From Epiperipatus broadwayi (lineage: Eukaryota; Animalia; Onychophora): a DNA stretch of 64,000 nt. This document shows, one piece after another, positions 41,142-54,460 of the stretch (positions are counted from its first letter, which is position 1; the number at the start of each line of letters is the position of its first letter). The position numbers and the translations under genes were made by a program. The notes under the pieces are model-generated. The model did not search any database, had not been told where the DNA came from, and saw nothing but the letters and a program-made list of their open reading frames with translations. The stretch lies in assembly GCA_028023455.1 (NCBI GenBank), contig JAQFVV010000003.1, positions 19,406,001-19,470,000 on the forward strand, given 5' to 3'.

Positions 41142-44100
41142 GCAAATTAAATAAAAAATTAAAACCACCAAGCTCAGATAACTTTATCTTACTAAATTCT
41201 AACTGATATATTTCTTACACATTGGTCTATAATGAAAAAAAGTTAATATTTACTAATAATAATTAGATTCCATTTTTTTATAAGAAGCTTTTCAAACACT
41301 TTCCATATCTTTAAACAAATTATAAAAGATCTAACAAGAAAAATTTAAATGACCCATCATAAATTCATCCTATACATAAAATAAATTTCCTTTTTTTATC
41401 AACTAACTACAAAATTGCTTTTATTAGTCTCACTGTAATGCAGCATTTTGTCTTAGTCCAATAAATTGTTAGACCCTAATTGATATTTCAATGCGATTAT
41501 GCAATTTTATTTCAAGAGTCTCTAGCTTTCACAATATTATAATTTTTTTAACAATGACCTGTAATAATCTATAGTTAAGACTACATATCAATTAAAATCA
41601 TATCTTGAACATATATATTTCATTTCTGACAACATGCATTCTCAAGATTGTAAAAAAAAACCTATTACATCTTGTCACGGATTTTATAATACTCAAGTTT
41701 TCCAAGCCCTATAGATTCTCAGCACATTATATCTTTTATATAAGAACAGTAATGAAAATAGAAAAATTATTGTCAGATTTGATAACAAATCTTGATGCTT
41801 TTCCATCATCAGTGCTTGAACAATCGTCATAATCACAATATACAAAAATCACTTATGCACATATGATAGAATTTAGGTAAATATATTTTACATAATAATG
41901 TAACATCTTCATCAGAGCCAACTTAAAATAGACATACAATTCAATGACATTACATGGTACTATAGTCACTGCCAATTCAAAACTGCAATTGCTCTCTGAC
42001 TAATTATTGTCCCAGCAAGTAAATTAGGATAAATAGAGGATTTATTTAATGATCTTTATATTTGAAGTTGAAGAGAGTTCAGTGATTAGCCCATCTGCTT
42101 GCCATTGCTATAATTTGCAATTCAAATCAGCAATTATTATCATTACCATTTAGGTAGCTGAGAATTTCCTAAAAAATTTGAGATTTTTTTTTTTTCAGGT
42201 AGTCAATCTAGATAGATAATTAATTTTTATTAATAAATGAATATGATTATGTAATTAATATAAAACTAAGCAAAATCTTACAATATTATGAGTGGGAACA
42301 ATTAAGTATCCTATTATCAATTAATTATTTACCTAATCTATAATGAGTTATACATATTCTAATACAATTAATTCTTTTTTTACATGAATTTTTTTTTTTC
42401 CAATTTTGAAATAACATCAGTCTAAAAAAAAAATTTCTCTACACAAGTTGTTTTAAAATAACACAATCACTAAAAAAAAATGGTACTTTGGAATTAAAGC
42501 TATTGTGATATATTCATGATTGGAATGAAGAAACAAACGTTATTGTCTGGAAGACTTAAAAAAATCATATTATATTCACAAAATAATTCTCAGATTGTCT
42601 CAAATTGTTATTAAACTTTTATTTTTAATTCTAAATAATTTCATGTAAGTAATATAAAATAATTTATTTTCCTTTTTAGAAGATTATAAATGTTTCTAAT
42701 TCATTTTTTATTTACAGATTTGTTTACAAAGTCAAATTCTCCATGATTATATCACAAAACTAAAAAAAAATTGTCTGTTATTATCATCTAATTTTTAAAA
42801 AAAAGTTTCACATTTTTATTTCTCATTATTTTAAAAACAAAATTTCATTTGTTTTTTTTTTTTAAAAAATCCATGTTGGTATTAATGTTAAAAAAATTTA
42901 ATTTTGTTTAAATTTAATTGATTAATTTGTATTTTATTAATTTTGCCAAAAATCAATAGATGGTAAGTTATACAATGCAAGTTTTAGTGATAGAAATGGT
43001 ATTCCAATCATGCATAAATATATGCATTTATTGTCAGATAGTGACAACAAATAAAATCTTGGGTACTTTCTATTATACGGACAAGCAAGATGCACCCAGT
43101 ATTTCTGATAAATGTACAATTCCAGGGGTCTACAATTTCTCTTTTAGAATGCCAATTGTTAAATTAAAAAAAACAACAACCTATAAGTTAAATGAAATAA
43201 AAGTAATAAATTATATTAAGAATCTTTATTTCAATTTTTTTTATATTTATAACATGGAAGTGATAATATGCTTTGAACATTGAAGTTTTCAATGGCTTGT
43301 GTGAAAAACCAATCAGTGTTTTATTGTGTTATCACTTTCAAGTTTTTTTTTTATTTTTCAAATGAAATTTATGTTCCTACAACTCATTTTTTATTTATGT
43401 TCAATGTGTATGAAGTAAAATTTGATAGCACACAAAAAATATAATATTTTAACAAAATTTTTCATATGGTTTATTTAATTATTTTCATCGATTTCTTAGA
43501 TCTGGAACCAACCTCCTTATTTTCCATATATACTATATACATTTTTACATGAATTTCTTTACACATAATTTTCAGTAATCAATCTACCATGTAAAAAGAG
43601 AATTAGGTACATATGAATTACAAGAAAGAGCATCATATTTAATAATTATAAGTTTCATCTTTTGCACTTTGAAATAAAGCAAATTAAATCTACTTAATAC
43701 AAATAAGATTAGCCTATTATGATTTGTGGTTAGTAATTCTGGACTTGACATAGCTGATGAAAAGTCTCCCTTTGAACCTAGCCCTGTTATCTTTATAACA
43801 CAGTTCACATTTCAAAATTTGCATATTATATAACATTTGTATCTTGGTTAAAAAACTAATAGAGGGTGTTTAAATACTATCACTCATGATAAATATATAG
43901 CTATTATTGGTCAGAAAATAAAACAAAATACAAAATCTTTCACCAAATGTCAGTTGATTATTGTCTTTCATTATTAATTTTTGTGGAAAGATATGTGAAG
44001 ATGTTGGCTCTGAAATGGTTATTTTATTTTTTACTTTAAGATTTAAATTCAGGATAAGACATAAAATATAAATCAATCAGCCAATAATACTGATCTCATT

Positions 44101-46133
44101 TGTGTTCTCCAAAACCAGATGATTTATCTTTGAAAATGTTTATACACTATATGAAAAAGGTGTTATCAAAATATCCATAACTTTTGATCTGATAAACAAT
44201 AATGTCTATGGAGCATATCAACATCATCACAAGATTTCTCATATGGTACTCATATGCTTCCAAAAGCAGTTTTCTTCTCTCTATCCTAAAAATATCTACT
44301 GTAAGCTTGACTCACCAATGAATACCAGATGATATAATACTAAAATATTTATATCTCTAGTTCAATTTCTGGCCGTTGTCTTTGACAATTTAGGATTCAA
44401 TAGTGAAACAAAAGCATTTGTGTAGCTAATGTTAATCTTTTAAATTCCTTTGTATTATTCATATCTGCTTAACATTAACAAATTGTAACATTATGAATTC
44501 TAGCCAAGATATTTGTATGGTTATATAAATCTTTCATATATAGCTCTTATCTACTTCTTCTTCCTCCCTCAATATTTTTTTTTTTTTTCATATTTCAATA
44601 TAAACTTCATTAATACTCCTTTACCACTTTAAGCAGATATTTTTTTATTTATAAAGATGACTACGTGAAAATATAAAGAATTTTGGTTGTATTGATGTAA
44701 TATTTGTGTAATTTTTTTGTTGTAAATCTGAAGAAGACTGCCAGGACAGTTGAAACGGTTATAAATAAAAAAATATTTGCTTAAAGTGTTAAAGGAGTAT
44801 TAACGAAGTTTATATTTATATAAATCTTCTGGATTAGTTTCTATATATTTTAATCATTATAGGTCTAGAATAGACTGAACAGTACTATTCTTAAAATCAT
44901 TTGAGAAAGTTGTGTAATAATGGTATTAACTTTCTTAGCCAAAGAATAGATGAATTCTACAGTTGGCATAAAAATGACGTATCTAAAAGATATAGAAATT
45001 GACTTGAAATTAAATCTATATATTTATACAAGGGAATTTGTTAAATTCAAATCTTGGATTTATTTTTTAAAATTTCAGGTTATCATTTTTGAATAAAATG
45101 GTTGCTAAATATATAACAAAATTAGTTCCATCAATTCAAAATCCTCAATAATATAGGCACTAACTAGAAATTAATATGGAAATTTGGATATTATATCACT
45201 ATGCCATTTGGTCTCTATTGATTACTCAGGTTTATAACATATTGATCTAGAATAGGAATACGATAACTGTCTTTATCTATGGAATAAAAGATATAATTTC
45301 TAAAATTATTTCTGTTCAAAGAAATAAACTAATAGTTAATTTTCAAGTTATGTATTGTTGGAGCATCTACAGTTCTGAATAAGGACTAGAAATTGCATAG
45401 ACTAAGATATCTCTCTCTTTTTCTAAAATTTTAGAACTCTGTGCAATATCAGCTTTTCTCAAAACTTTTTCACAATTTCCTTGGGTTTTTTCTATATCAT
45501 TTCCAATGTTCTTGCTATTTATGTAAACGAATTTATATCTGAATTGGTTTTAATTTAATTTCTGAATAGCCATTATGGATTTCCATAACTTATGTCCACT
45601 TTATTTCATGGCACTAATTGTTATTCATCATTATAGATTATACACAACAATTGCTGACCAACCACTAATATAAAGTTATATTTTTTAAATTCACTTATGA
45701 GCATCTTGACAATGTAATAATTTTATTAAAGTATATATTACAGTTTTAAAATTGAGATACTAAAATAAACTATATTAATAAAAAGTAGAGAGCAATAACA
45801 AAATATTACTAATAAAATTCAAGCTTGCTCATAATATCTTTGTTGCATAACAACCTCAACATGCCTTCAGGAAAAGAACTGCACAACATGCACACTTATA
45901 TTCATAAGCATTTTGAATACATTTAAAAAATATTTGTTAATAACTTATAATATTATTAGCAGCATAGGAAGAAGTTTTTGGCCTTACGTAAAATTTCAAA
46001 AAAGGCTCTTTTTAAAATTTACAACATATATTTTAATACAGACAGTTTTTTGAGTATAAACATACAAAACCAAAGGGGACCCTAAGATACTGGGGACAAT
46101 ATTCATTGCTATGTTTTTTTTCATGATAGTTAC

Positions 46134-46879
46134 TGTTATATCCGCAAGTGTGACTGTGTGGCCAGCAATTAAATATATACTATGAAAGACTCACAATATT
46201 TCACGTAATCAGAATAGTGAATAGTCCGCAACAACTCATTTCTACAGTTTGCTAAAGTTCAATTCCCTCGATGTTCTTTCAGGATGGCTGCTACAAAAAC
46301 AGTTCACAATGGGCATACCTCAGCCCCAGTCCAGTTTAGCTGTACACGAACTCTTCGTAGTAAGCACTGCGACTGACCTTAAGCTCCTTACAGCTTCTGT
46401 CTCTGCAACAGTCTACTTCACTTGAAAACCACTGGAAATTCAACTCTTTATTCAGCTGCTATCCAGACGGTTCCCTCAGGCTGTGGTCTCCTTCAACTAT
46501 ACCCATGAACTACATTTCCACTGGGCACTGGCATTAATCGCAAGCACTGACGCTAGATATCTCCTACTGGAATTGAACAGTAACTCTACTGTAGATGCAC
46601 TCAATACTGTCTGCTACCCCAATACTGCATAGTTGTTACCCAGTCTTCTTATTGCTTTCTGACAACTGCAGCAATTAATACACTGTCCAATAAGGTAACG
46701 ACTCTTATCTAGAAATATTTGCAATCAGCAAATATTTCTTGAAATTGTCGATCGCCATTACGTCAATGCCTTAATTAAATTCCTCAGTTATCAGAGCGCA
46801 ATCTAAAAACAACAACTCGAATAAATTCTAGTTTTTCTGGAGTGCACAAACTTGTCTGCCATTTTTACAAAATACTACA
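46134..46879. mobile_element. Probable solo LTR
   Basis: 746-bp GC/CpG-richer block with termini TGT...ACA, a 5-bp direct repeat GTTAC at 46129-46133 and 46880-46884, AATAAA about 60 bp before the right end, and no ORF. Confidence 0.6.
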
Positions 46880-49032
46880 GTTACACTATTGAATTGCATT
46901 TTTGTGTTATCTCCCTACTAGATAATCTGAAAACTCCATAAAACATTATTTCCCAATTTGAAAAACAGTGAATTAAATTTACATGATAATAACAAAACAG
47001 GTAACCTTATGGCGTTGAGGTTAAAAAATCTGCCTATGCTTGGTGGACAAGCTCAAGCAATTTTTTTAAAGTATTAAATCAGTTTAGATGTCCACCCCCC
47101 TCCCCAAACTATAAATTTAACTAGATAATTCAATTACTATGGTAACTCTAAATCTAGCTTTTGTTACCTAAATATACAACTAAGAAAAACTCTAAATTGC
47201 TAATTCTAATACAGTATTAATTTTGGTTAACTTGATATACCTTTTGACTGTTTTTTTTTTTTGTTTTGCTTTCAGTGGGATAATAAAGTGATAAAATTCA
47301 AGAGCCTAAAGAAAAACTCAGTTCTGTGGCTTCTGATGTTTGAATGTCACATGATCTGAGTCCTAAAAATATTACAAAAACTTTTGTTCTATAGTGAATG
47401 ATTTTTTTAATATACTTCTTTTTTTAAAAAAAAAAATTCATTTAAAAAATACTGTACAAATTATTTGACATTTAAATTGGACTTATTTACCCCCTCCCCC
47501 TTAAAATATTTCATTAATTAATTGTTAAAAAATAATTCAATAAATGTCTATTAAATATACTAATAAAATATTTACTTGGCTTTTGTTTAATTCCAGTACA
47601 TTAAACATTACGATATAATGAAATTTATTGATTATTTTCAACATAAAAATAAAACGGATCCATTTATATCAAATAAAGAGATTAAAATATTCTTTCATAA
47701 TAAGAAATTAAAATAAACATAATTTTGTCAAAATACCAAATTTAAATTTCTTCCTAAGGGATTAATACTATAATAAAGAAGACAATTTCATAACTAATAA
47801 TTGAAATAATATGTATACATACGAAGATGTAATGAAACTACAGCATCATAACTATCTTGTAAAGCAAAGTTATGACTACAAAGATGCATGCAATATGTGC
47901 ATCGCACATTAATATCAGCTATGCCCGTCATCTCCACGATCAAGTTTTTTTTGTTGTTGTTGTTTTTGAACATACTTTCATTTTTTTAATGCAATACAAA
48001 AAAAAAGAAGTTATTAGAAAGCAGAATATTAATAGATTTCCAAAAAAAAAAAAGAAGTGGAAGGGAATGTTTACGATTTTATCTGCCCTACTTTTTTAAA
48101 ATTCTCAGAAGATTATTAATTTACTTGTTTTTTTAAAAAATAAACGTCCATATATTACCTACAAATAAGTTGTTTTTATATATAAATAAAAAATACTCTT
48201 AGGATAACATGTGTTTTGCAAACAGCATAAATGCGCCCTCTAATATCTCAGTTGGACATTATCATCATATGCCTAATAACTTAGAGTAAATAAAAATGAG
48301 AGAAAACCACTGATGACGATATTTTTTTTTTTTTTTGTAAAAGCTGATAATAGAGCACGCTTTCTGCAGATTTTTCAAAATCTATAAACCTTGTTTCCAG
48401 ATAGATTAAATACTATTATGAATTATCATTGCTATACTACACCTCATATATATAGAAGAGAATTTTTGTTAAAGTTATGTAATAAGTTCGGTTAAATTCA
48501 TTTGCAATTTAAATTTTTTTTCTTCTGATAGCTAAAAACTAATGATCACAATTAGTCATTTGGGAGAACATGTGATATTCAGACATGCAAATGACAGTTT
48601 GAACACTACAATTCTATTCAAATTATTTTTTCTTACTTTATTCAAGTGAGAATTTAACCAGAAACATTTTACTCTTAATACTACCATTCTACCACTATTT
48701 TAAACTATATAGGTAGCTGAGAATTTCCAACCAAACCTAGACTTTTTATTTTAGATAGGTAGCTCATAGGAAACTTAGATATCTATCCAGTTATTCTTGA
48801 ACAGGCCAACTTCACAAACTATTCGTATACTGAAGAAAAAGTAGTATTTATTAAACATATCAAAATGTGAATATTTATAATGAAAATAGAAACAATTTAA
48901 AAATAAATCATTGAGATTTTTAACAATGAGCTTATTTAATAATTTTTTTTCTTTAAAAAAGAAAATTAAGCTTATAAGAGAGATCTGAATAATCATAACA
49001 TTGATTAAAAGTTTACTGATTTTTAATTTTAT

Positions 49033-49425
49033 GATATGAGGGGTCAGACGGACTTACAGTCAACATGGGTAGGATGAGACGGTTGGCACTAATGTGGATT
49101 TTGGGCGTTCCATCATCAGATTTTCAATAAAATGGATGTCTGAAGAGTTGTGGGGTGGAGTGGATTGAAGCCTGTCCATTAAAGTATAAAGATTGGCTAT
49201 CTTAATATAAAGCTGAGCATTAATTGTATATATGTGTGGAGTTGATAATCTGGACCAATTGATGAGTGCTGGTTCAGCACGAAATATGTATATTGGTGAT
49301 TATTTATCTTTTCAACATCAGCCCATGAGATAGCATGAATAGTGGAGGATCATGCAAAAGTCTGAGTTCAAAACCCCTATTTATTATACTGTATATAAAA
49401 GTGTAGATATGAAAAAGCCTGTACT
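49033..49425 (+). mobile_element. Family D hammerhead-containing repeat, about one monomer
   Basis: Starts at atatgaggggtcaga and ends at aagcctgtac; collinear with the other D copies. Confidence 0.85.
49247..49301 (+). ncRNA. Type I hammerhead ribozyme motif, family D (best preserved; C3>T)
   Basis: AATC tgg ACCAA-TTGATGA-GTGCTG gtt CAGCAC-GAAA-TATGTA-TA-TTGGT GATT. Confidence 0.85.
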
Positions 49426-50178
49426 GTAAAAAAAAATCATATATTATGATATTCATATATGAAAATGCTGATTCTTCTAAATACAAGTAAAACTTTATTA
49501 ATATAAAATTCATAGTATATTCTGGGTTTTTTCAGATTTCAAAGATATATTTTTTACTCCCTCACTGTAATCCAAGATCCTGCTAAAAATCTAAATAGAA
49601 ATTAATTTTACCATTTATGGTTTTGTCTGCTTATAAATACTTTCTATAAATTATGCAAATTTATTTCCTTAGTAATAATTTAAAATTTTAAAATTCAATA
49701 CAGCATAATTTATTTATTAGAAAAGTAAAAACTATCTTTGAAATTTTGTTCAGATTAAAAGTTTTAATAGTAACTATTAGGATTAATGATGTACTTTCTG
49801 TAATAGAATGGAAGCAAACCTTCATAATGTGTGCAATATTTCGCAAATTGGATATCTACCTTTAACTATATTTCCAAGTGCATTCTTTTGATTTAATATA
49901 TGTATTACATTGGACATATATTACTGTCATCCTCTGAACAGCTTGATTCGTGCCACATATTTGTCAGATCTGATTTGAAAATTCCAGCATGTTTAAATTA
50001 TTGTAATAAAGTGTAAATACAAGTACTTGTGAGTAAGGCAAAAAGAAGATCACAATTCACTGTTGTTTGAGTACTCCCACTTTAAAACGAATGAATAATA
50101 AATATGTGAAAATTTAAAAAAAAATAAAATAATGCTCTTATGGCTGATTAAAAAGTACAAATTAATAAAGTAATCAAC

Positions 50179-50369
50179 AAAGTAATCCACTTCTTGGATA
50201 ATTTGCCATTCATAAAAAATATCAGAAATTTTAAAGATCTAGACTTATTGCAAAACAATTGGAAATTGCAGAAATATTGTCATTTAAATAAAAGTATAAA
50301 TGATAATATTCCTGCAATTTCCAATTGCTTTATAACAAGTCTAGATTCATAAGATCTCTGATGGCAAAT
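50179..50369. repeat. Fold-back (long hairpin) element
   Basis: Inverted arms at 50238-50286 and 50297-50345, outer ATTTGCCAT/ATGGCAAAT, and flanking TAATCAAC at 50171-50178 and 50370-50377. Confidence 0.75.
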
Positions 50370-52162
50370 TAATCAACTTTGTTAATTACTTTTTAGTCTA
50401 CTAAATATTTACATAAAAGCATTATTTTAAAAAAAACTTTTTTTTTACATATTTATTTTTTCCCTTTTTAGTTATATTATTTAAAAAAAAAGTTAAAACT
50501 AAAAAAAAAAAAATTTGACCAAAATTATAACTTAATAATAAAGCATGAAAATAAAAAATATACCCTCTAACAAACAAATTCCAAATTTAAATATCATGTG
50601 ATTGTTGACCATATAAAAATATTTGCATTGGCTTTTTAATTAATTCTCTAACCTCTTTTTACACATTTACTTTTTCACAATATATTTATGAAATATTAAG
50701 TATTTCAGAAGAATAATTCAAAGTTTAATAGAAAATATTTACTTTTAATTAGTTAAGAATGAATTAAATCAAAATATTAAGAAAATTTTATTCTACAAAT
50801 ATAATATTTCTGTTGGTTCAGTTGTTAATGATATTTCCTGGGAAATCTAAGTTTGTGAGTTTGAGTTCTGAAGGGGAACTTTTTTTTTTTCGATATTAAA
50901 AATTCAAAAATCTGGACATCCCAACAGAATGACAGATGGTACAAGTTAATACAAAAGCATTTAATTAACTATGTTTAGAGGCTAAACTAAAAAAGAATAA
51001 CCATTAAAAAAACTATATCATTTAGTAATTGGACTAGTCTTGCAAGCAATGTCTTCACATTGGTGAAAAACAATGATCGGAGATACTAAAGAAGCCATTT
51101 TATCTTTTGTTTATTATAATTACTTAAAACATCTCGGAGAGTGATACTCATTAATATTTATAATATAGTTTTAATATATTTGAGATTAAGAGAGTATCAG
51201 TAAGTGGCAAACTTCCATTGATAATCATCAAATATTGTCATTTGACTGTAGCACCCATTGCCTTAAGGTAAAGAATTTAATATATATACAGACATATCTA
51301 CTACTATTATTATACAATATTTATTCCTGAACAATAAATAAAGCTTATGACCTCAAAAGATGCAGAGTGAATCAACAACACAATAAAAGGTCATAAAGCT
51401 TATATTATATTTGATAGGCAACAATATTCTTCATTATGAGAATGTTTCTAATAGAAAAAAACAATTGCTTGAGTAAAAATGGTTTGAGTCAGCAATACAC
51501 ATTATTATACAGTTAAAAAAAGCTGAATGCTGATCATATAAACTTATAACCATGACTTTGTTTCTAATTTTCTTAGTTGACAAAACTTTCCACTATCTTA
51601 AATTAATCAAAACCATAATAATCTGCATCATTTCAACAGCATTATTTATACCTCAAACTGTGCTTCAAATAAAACTCTATATCTTTTTATGAATAGTCAA
51701 ACTAAATACAATCCTATTAGCTATAAAATTATCATCTGATAAATAAGTTATCTGTTTATTTTTAGTTGAATATTAAAAATTCCATGTTAATCTGGAATGA
51801 TTGAGTTAATGTCAATATGTTGAATATAAAACAAAAATTTGTTTGTAATATCACATACTCTTCAATGTTAATGAAGGTGAAGTCATATTTTTGTGATTAA
51901 ACCTGTGATTTTCTTCATCTTTATAATACCTAACTGAATGCTACATTAAACTTGTTTTAAAATACTAATTATAATCTAACGAATAAACGATCCATATACT
52001 TTTAGCTGAATATTAAAGATTCCACATTAATCTGGACTGACCAGGTAAATGTCAATATGCAACATACTTTTTCACCATCTCTATGCCACTTATTTAAGTT
52101 TTCATAAATAATAGATTCCAGATGATAATTCTTATAAATTCCTATCCTGTGTGACCTTATTC

Positions 52163-52402
52163 ATCAAAAGAATTAAGAAAATGAAGTGGAATTGGATAGC
52201 ATATACTGCTAGAAGAGATGATACTAGACGGATAATAGAAATCTTAAATTGAATTCTAAAAGATTGTTAAAAACCATAGATAGATGAAATAAGGAAATAT
52301 GCTGGAGTAATGTGGAGAAGAAAGACTAGAAATCAGAGAAGATAGATTGAACTTGGAGATCTTCATCCTGCAATAAATCAATAATAGTTGAAAATGATGA
52401 TT
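52163..52402 (+). mobile_element. RTE 3'-end fragment (older, diverged)
   Basis: Homologous to the RTE 3' end (gaagtggaattgg..gctagaagagatgat..gatgaaataag..gaacttggaga..cttcatcctgca..tgatga). Confidence 0.8.
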
Positions 52403-53269
52403 ATATATAAAAAGTAAAGATAATAACTAATTCAATAACATTAAAAAGAAATGTATTCGAATGAATTGGTTATTTTATTGAAAATTTTTAACAAAAAATA
52501 GATAACAAAAGATGGCTAGTACATATAAAAGCAAATAGTTTCAAATGAGAGCAATAGAAGAATATAAGAAATGTTTACTATCTTCTGTGTTGATTTAATA
52601 AGGATTAATTAGGTTTGAGATTTTAAAGATTCATTGTATGCTTACTGATAATATAACAGCATTTACAAGCAAACACTAAGAATAACTAATAAAATATTAA
52701 GTAGGATTGACTAAATATTTAGATAGAATATGTGGGGAAAGGGGAATTCTAAATAAACCAGTGAATATAAATATTTAAATGGAGTTGGTAAAAGATTAAC
52801 AAGTAAAAGTAGGAGAGCATAATTTATACTATAGATTACAGCTTTCAAAAATTTAGGAAAAATCCAATAGAGATTTTATAATTATTTAATTAAATATTGT
52901 GTGCTTGTTTTATATTTTAATTTTCTTCAATGTGTTTTGACCAGATCTACATGCAGTCATTATCAGTCTAAAAATACAGAAATTGAAATATAAAGATATA
53001 TTTACAAAATGATATATATATATTTAGTAATAAACTCATTTGACAATACTAACAGAAAGTATATTGAAATGATATAATCATTATACATGATTATCATCAC
53101 TCATTATTTAAAACTAAACAGGAAGAAGAATTGTAATGCAAAAATAGGTATTTACTTTTTGGAGACAAATTAAGTAAAGCAAGAGAGGAATAGTCATTTA
53201 AATACAATAAATCATATGTTTTAGGGAATAATTGAATCATAACATTAATAGGTCAGCATGTGTTATATA

Positions 53270-53705
53270 TCACATGATCACCATTTCTTATGCTTACACA
53301 TATCTGTTATTATGTGGTTTAACACCAATCCTGCCTAATAGGATAGTAGTGGCTATGGTTGTTAAAGAGCACCAAAATGTATGGATACTGAACTGAGTTC
53401 AGACCCATATGACTATATAAGCTATTGAGCTTAGATTGAAAATATTTTGTTTTCAATTTTATTCTCATAGTTTTGTAGTTAGGTAGAGATAAAAGGTGGC
53501 TGCTGGAGGGTTGCATTAGATCCTAAGATCTAGGTGCAGTGCTCTCAGATCCAAGGCATCTCACTGACAAAAGCCACAAGCCAGAAACTAGTCTGGGGAA
53601 ATTGGATGAGTAGGCACTAGATGGGGATTTTATGCACAAGCCTTCTGGCATCCATTGATTACTCTGCCTGGCACTGAGTGACACTACTGTATGGAGAATT
53701 TTGCC
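53270..53705. mobile_element. Family A insertion (short inverted head + near-full sense monomer)
   Basis: Collinear with 31385-31780. Hammerhead at 53551-53605 has the decayed core CTGACAA. Possible 9-bp TSD TGTTATATA at 53261-53269 and 53706-53714. Confidence 0.85.
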
Positions 53706-54399
53706 TGTTATATACATGGATGGGTGAATAATTATTATTATTTATACTTAGTTAATGTTTAATATTGTTTAGAGTAATTTAATCATTGACAAAAATAATA
53801 ATAATGTTAATATTTTAATTTTATAAAGCACTGAGTAAGTCTGCTAATTTGATAAGCACACTGTTATTATTTTTAATAATAAATAACTTAGAAAACTGCA
53901 CTTGGGAATAATACAGTCTGCATATTTTAAAAATTGAAGAAAGTCTGTCTACAATTTAAAAGTAAAAAATAAAATGGTTATACCTAAAATCTCTAAGATA
54001 AATTTTACTTTGATGGCAAGTTAAAATATCAGGATTTCTACTTAGATATGTAACAAATCTTATTTGAATGTCTCCAAGATAAATTAAAATAAATACCAGG
54101 AATCTCATCCTCTATAGAACTTAATGGATATGATGATGAAATTATATGCAAAGCAATCAGCAGCAGTAAATGTTTTAAATGTAGTTCAAATATTTGATCA
54201 GGATTGATAGTCAACAATCAGGTAAGGTTAGAGCTCTAAAATAAAAAATCCAAGAATATTTCTATTAATAAATACAGATTATTTAAATTAACATTACATT
54301 TTCTGTTAAAGGCATCTCTATTGTGTGTAAGTTCCAATAATTTAGTCTGTATAAACTTTCTTAAATTTAATAACTTTCAGGATATGGAAATACAGTATT

Positions 54400-54460
54400 T
54401 GTGTTAATTATTATTATTTATATATTTTATTGTGTTAATTATTATTATTTATATATTTTA
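54400..54460 (+). repeat. 31-bp tandem duplication
   Basis: tgtgttaattattattatttatatatttta(t) x2. Confidence 0.85.

Noticed and set aside
41650-42130. Coding-like minus-strand stretch with isolated CTGATGA words
   Set aside because: No GAAA or stem closure for a hammerhead and no recognisable protein family.
42930-42970. caatag-ATG-gtaagt as a 3-nt microexon
   Set aside because: Weak polypyrimidine tract, no neighbouring exons identified, and it lies in a region that may be TE-derived.
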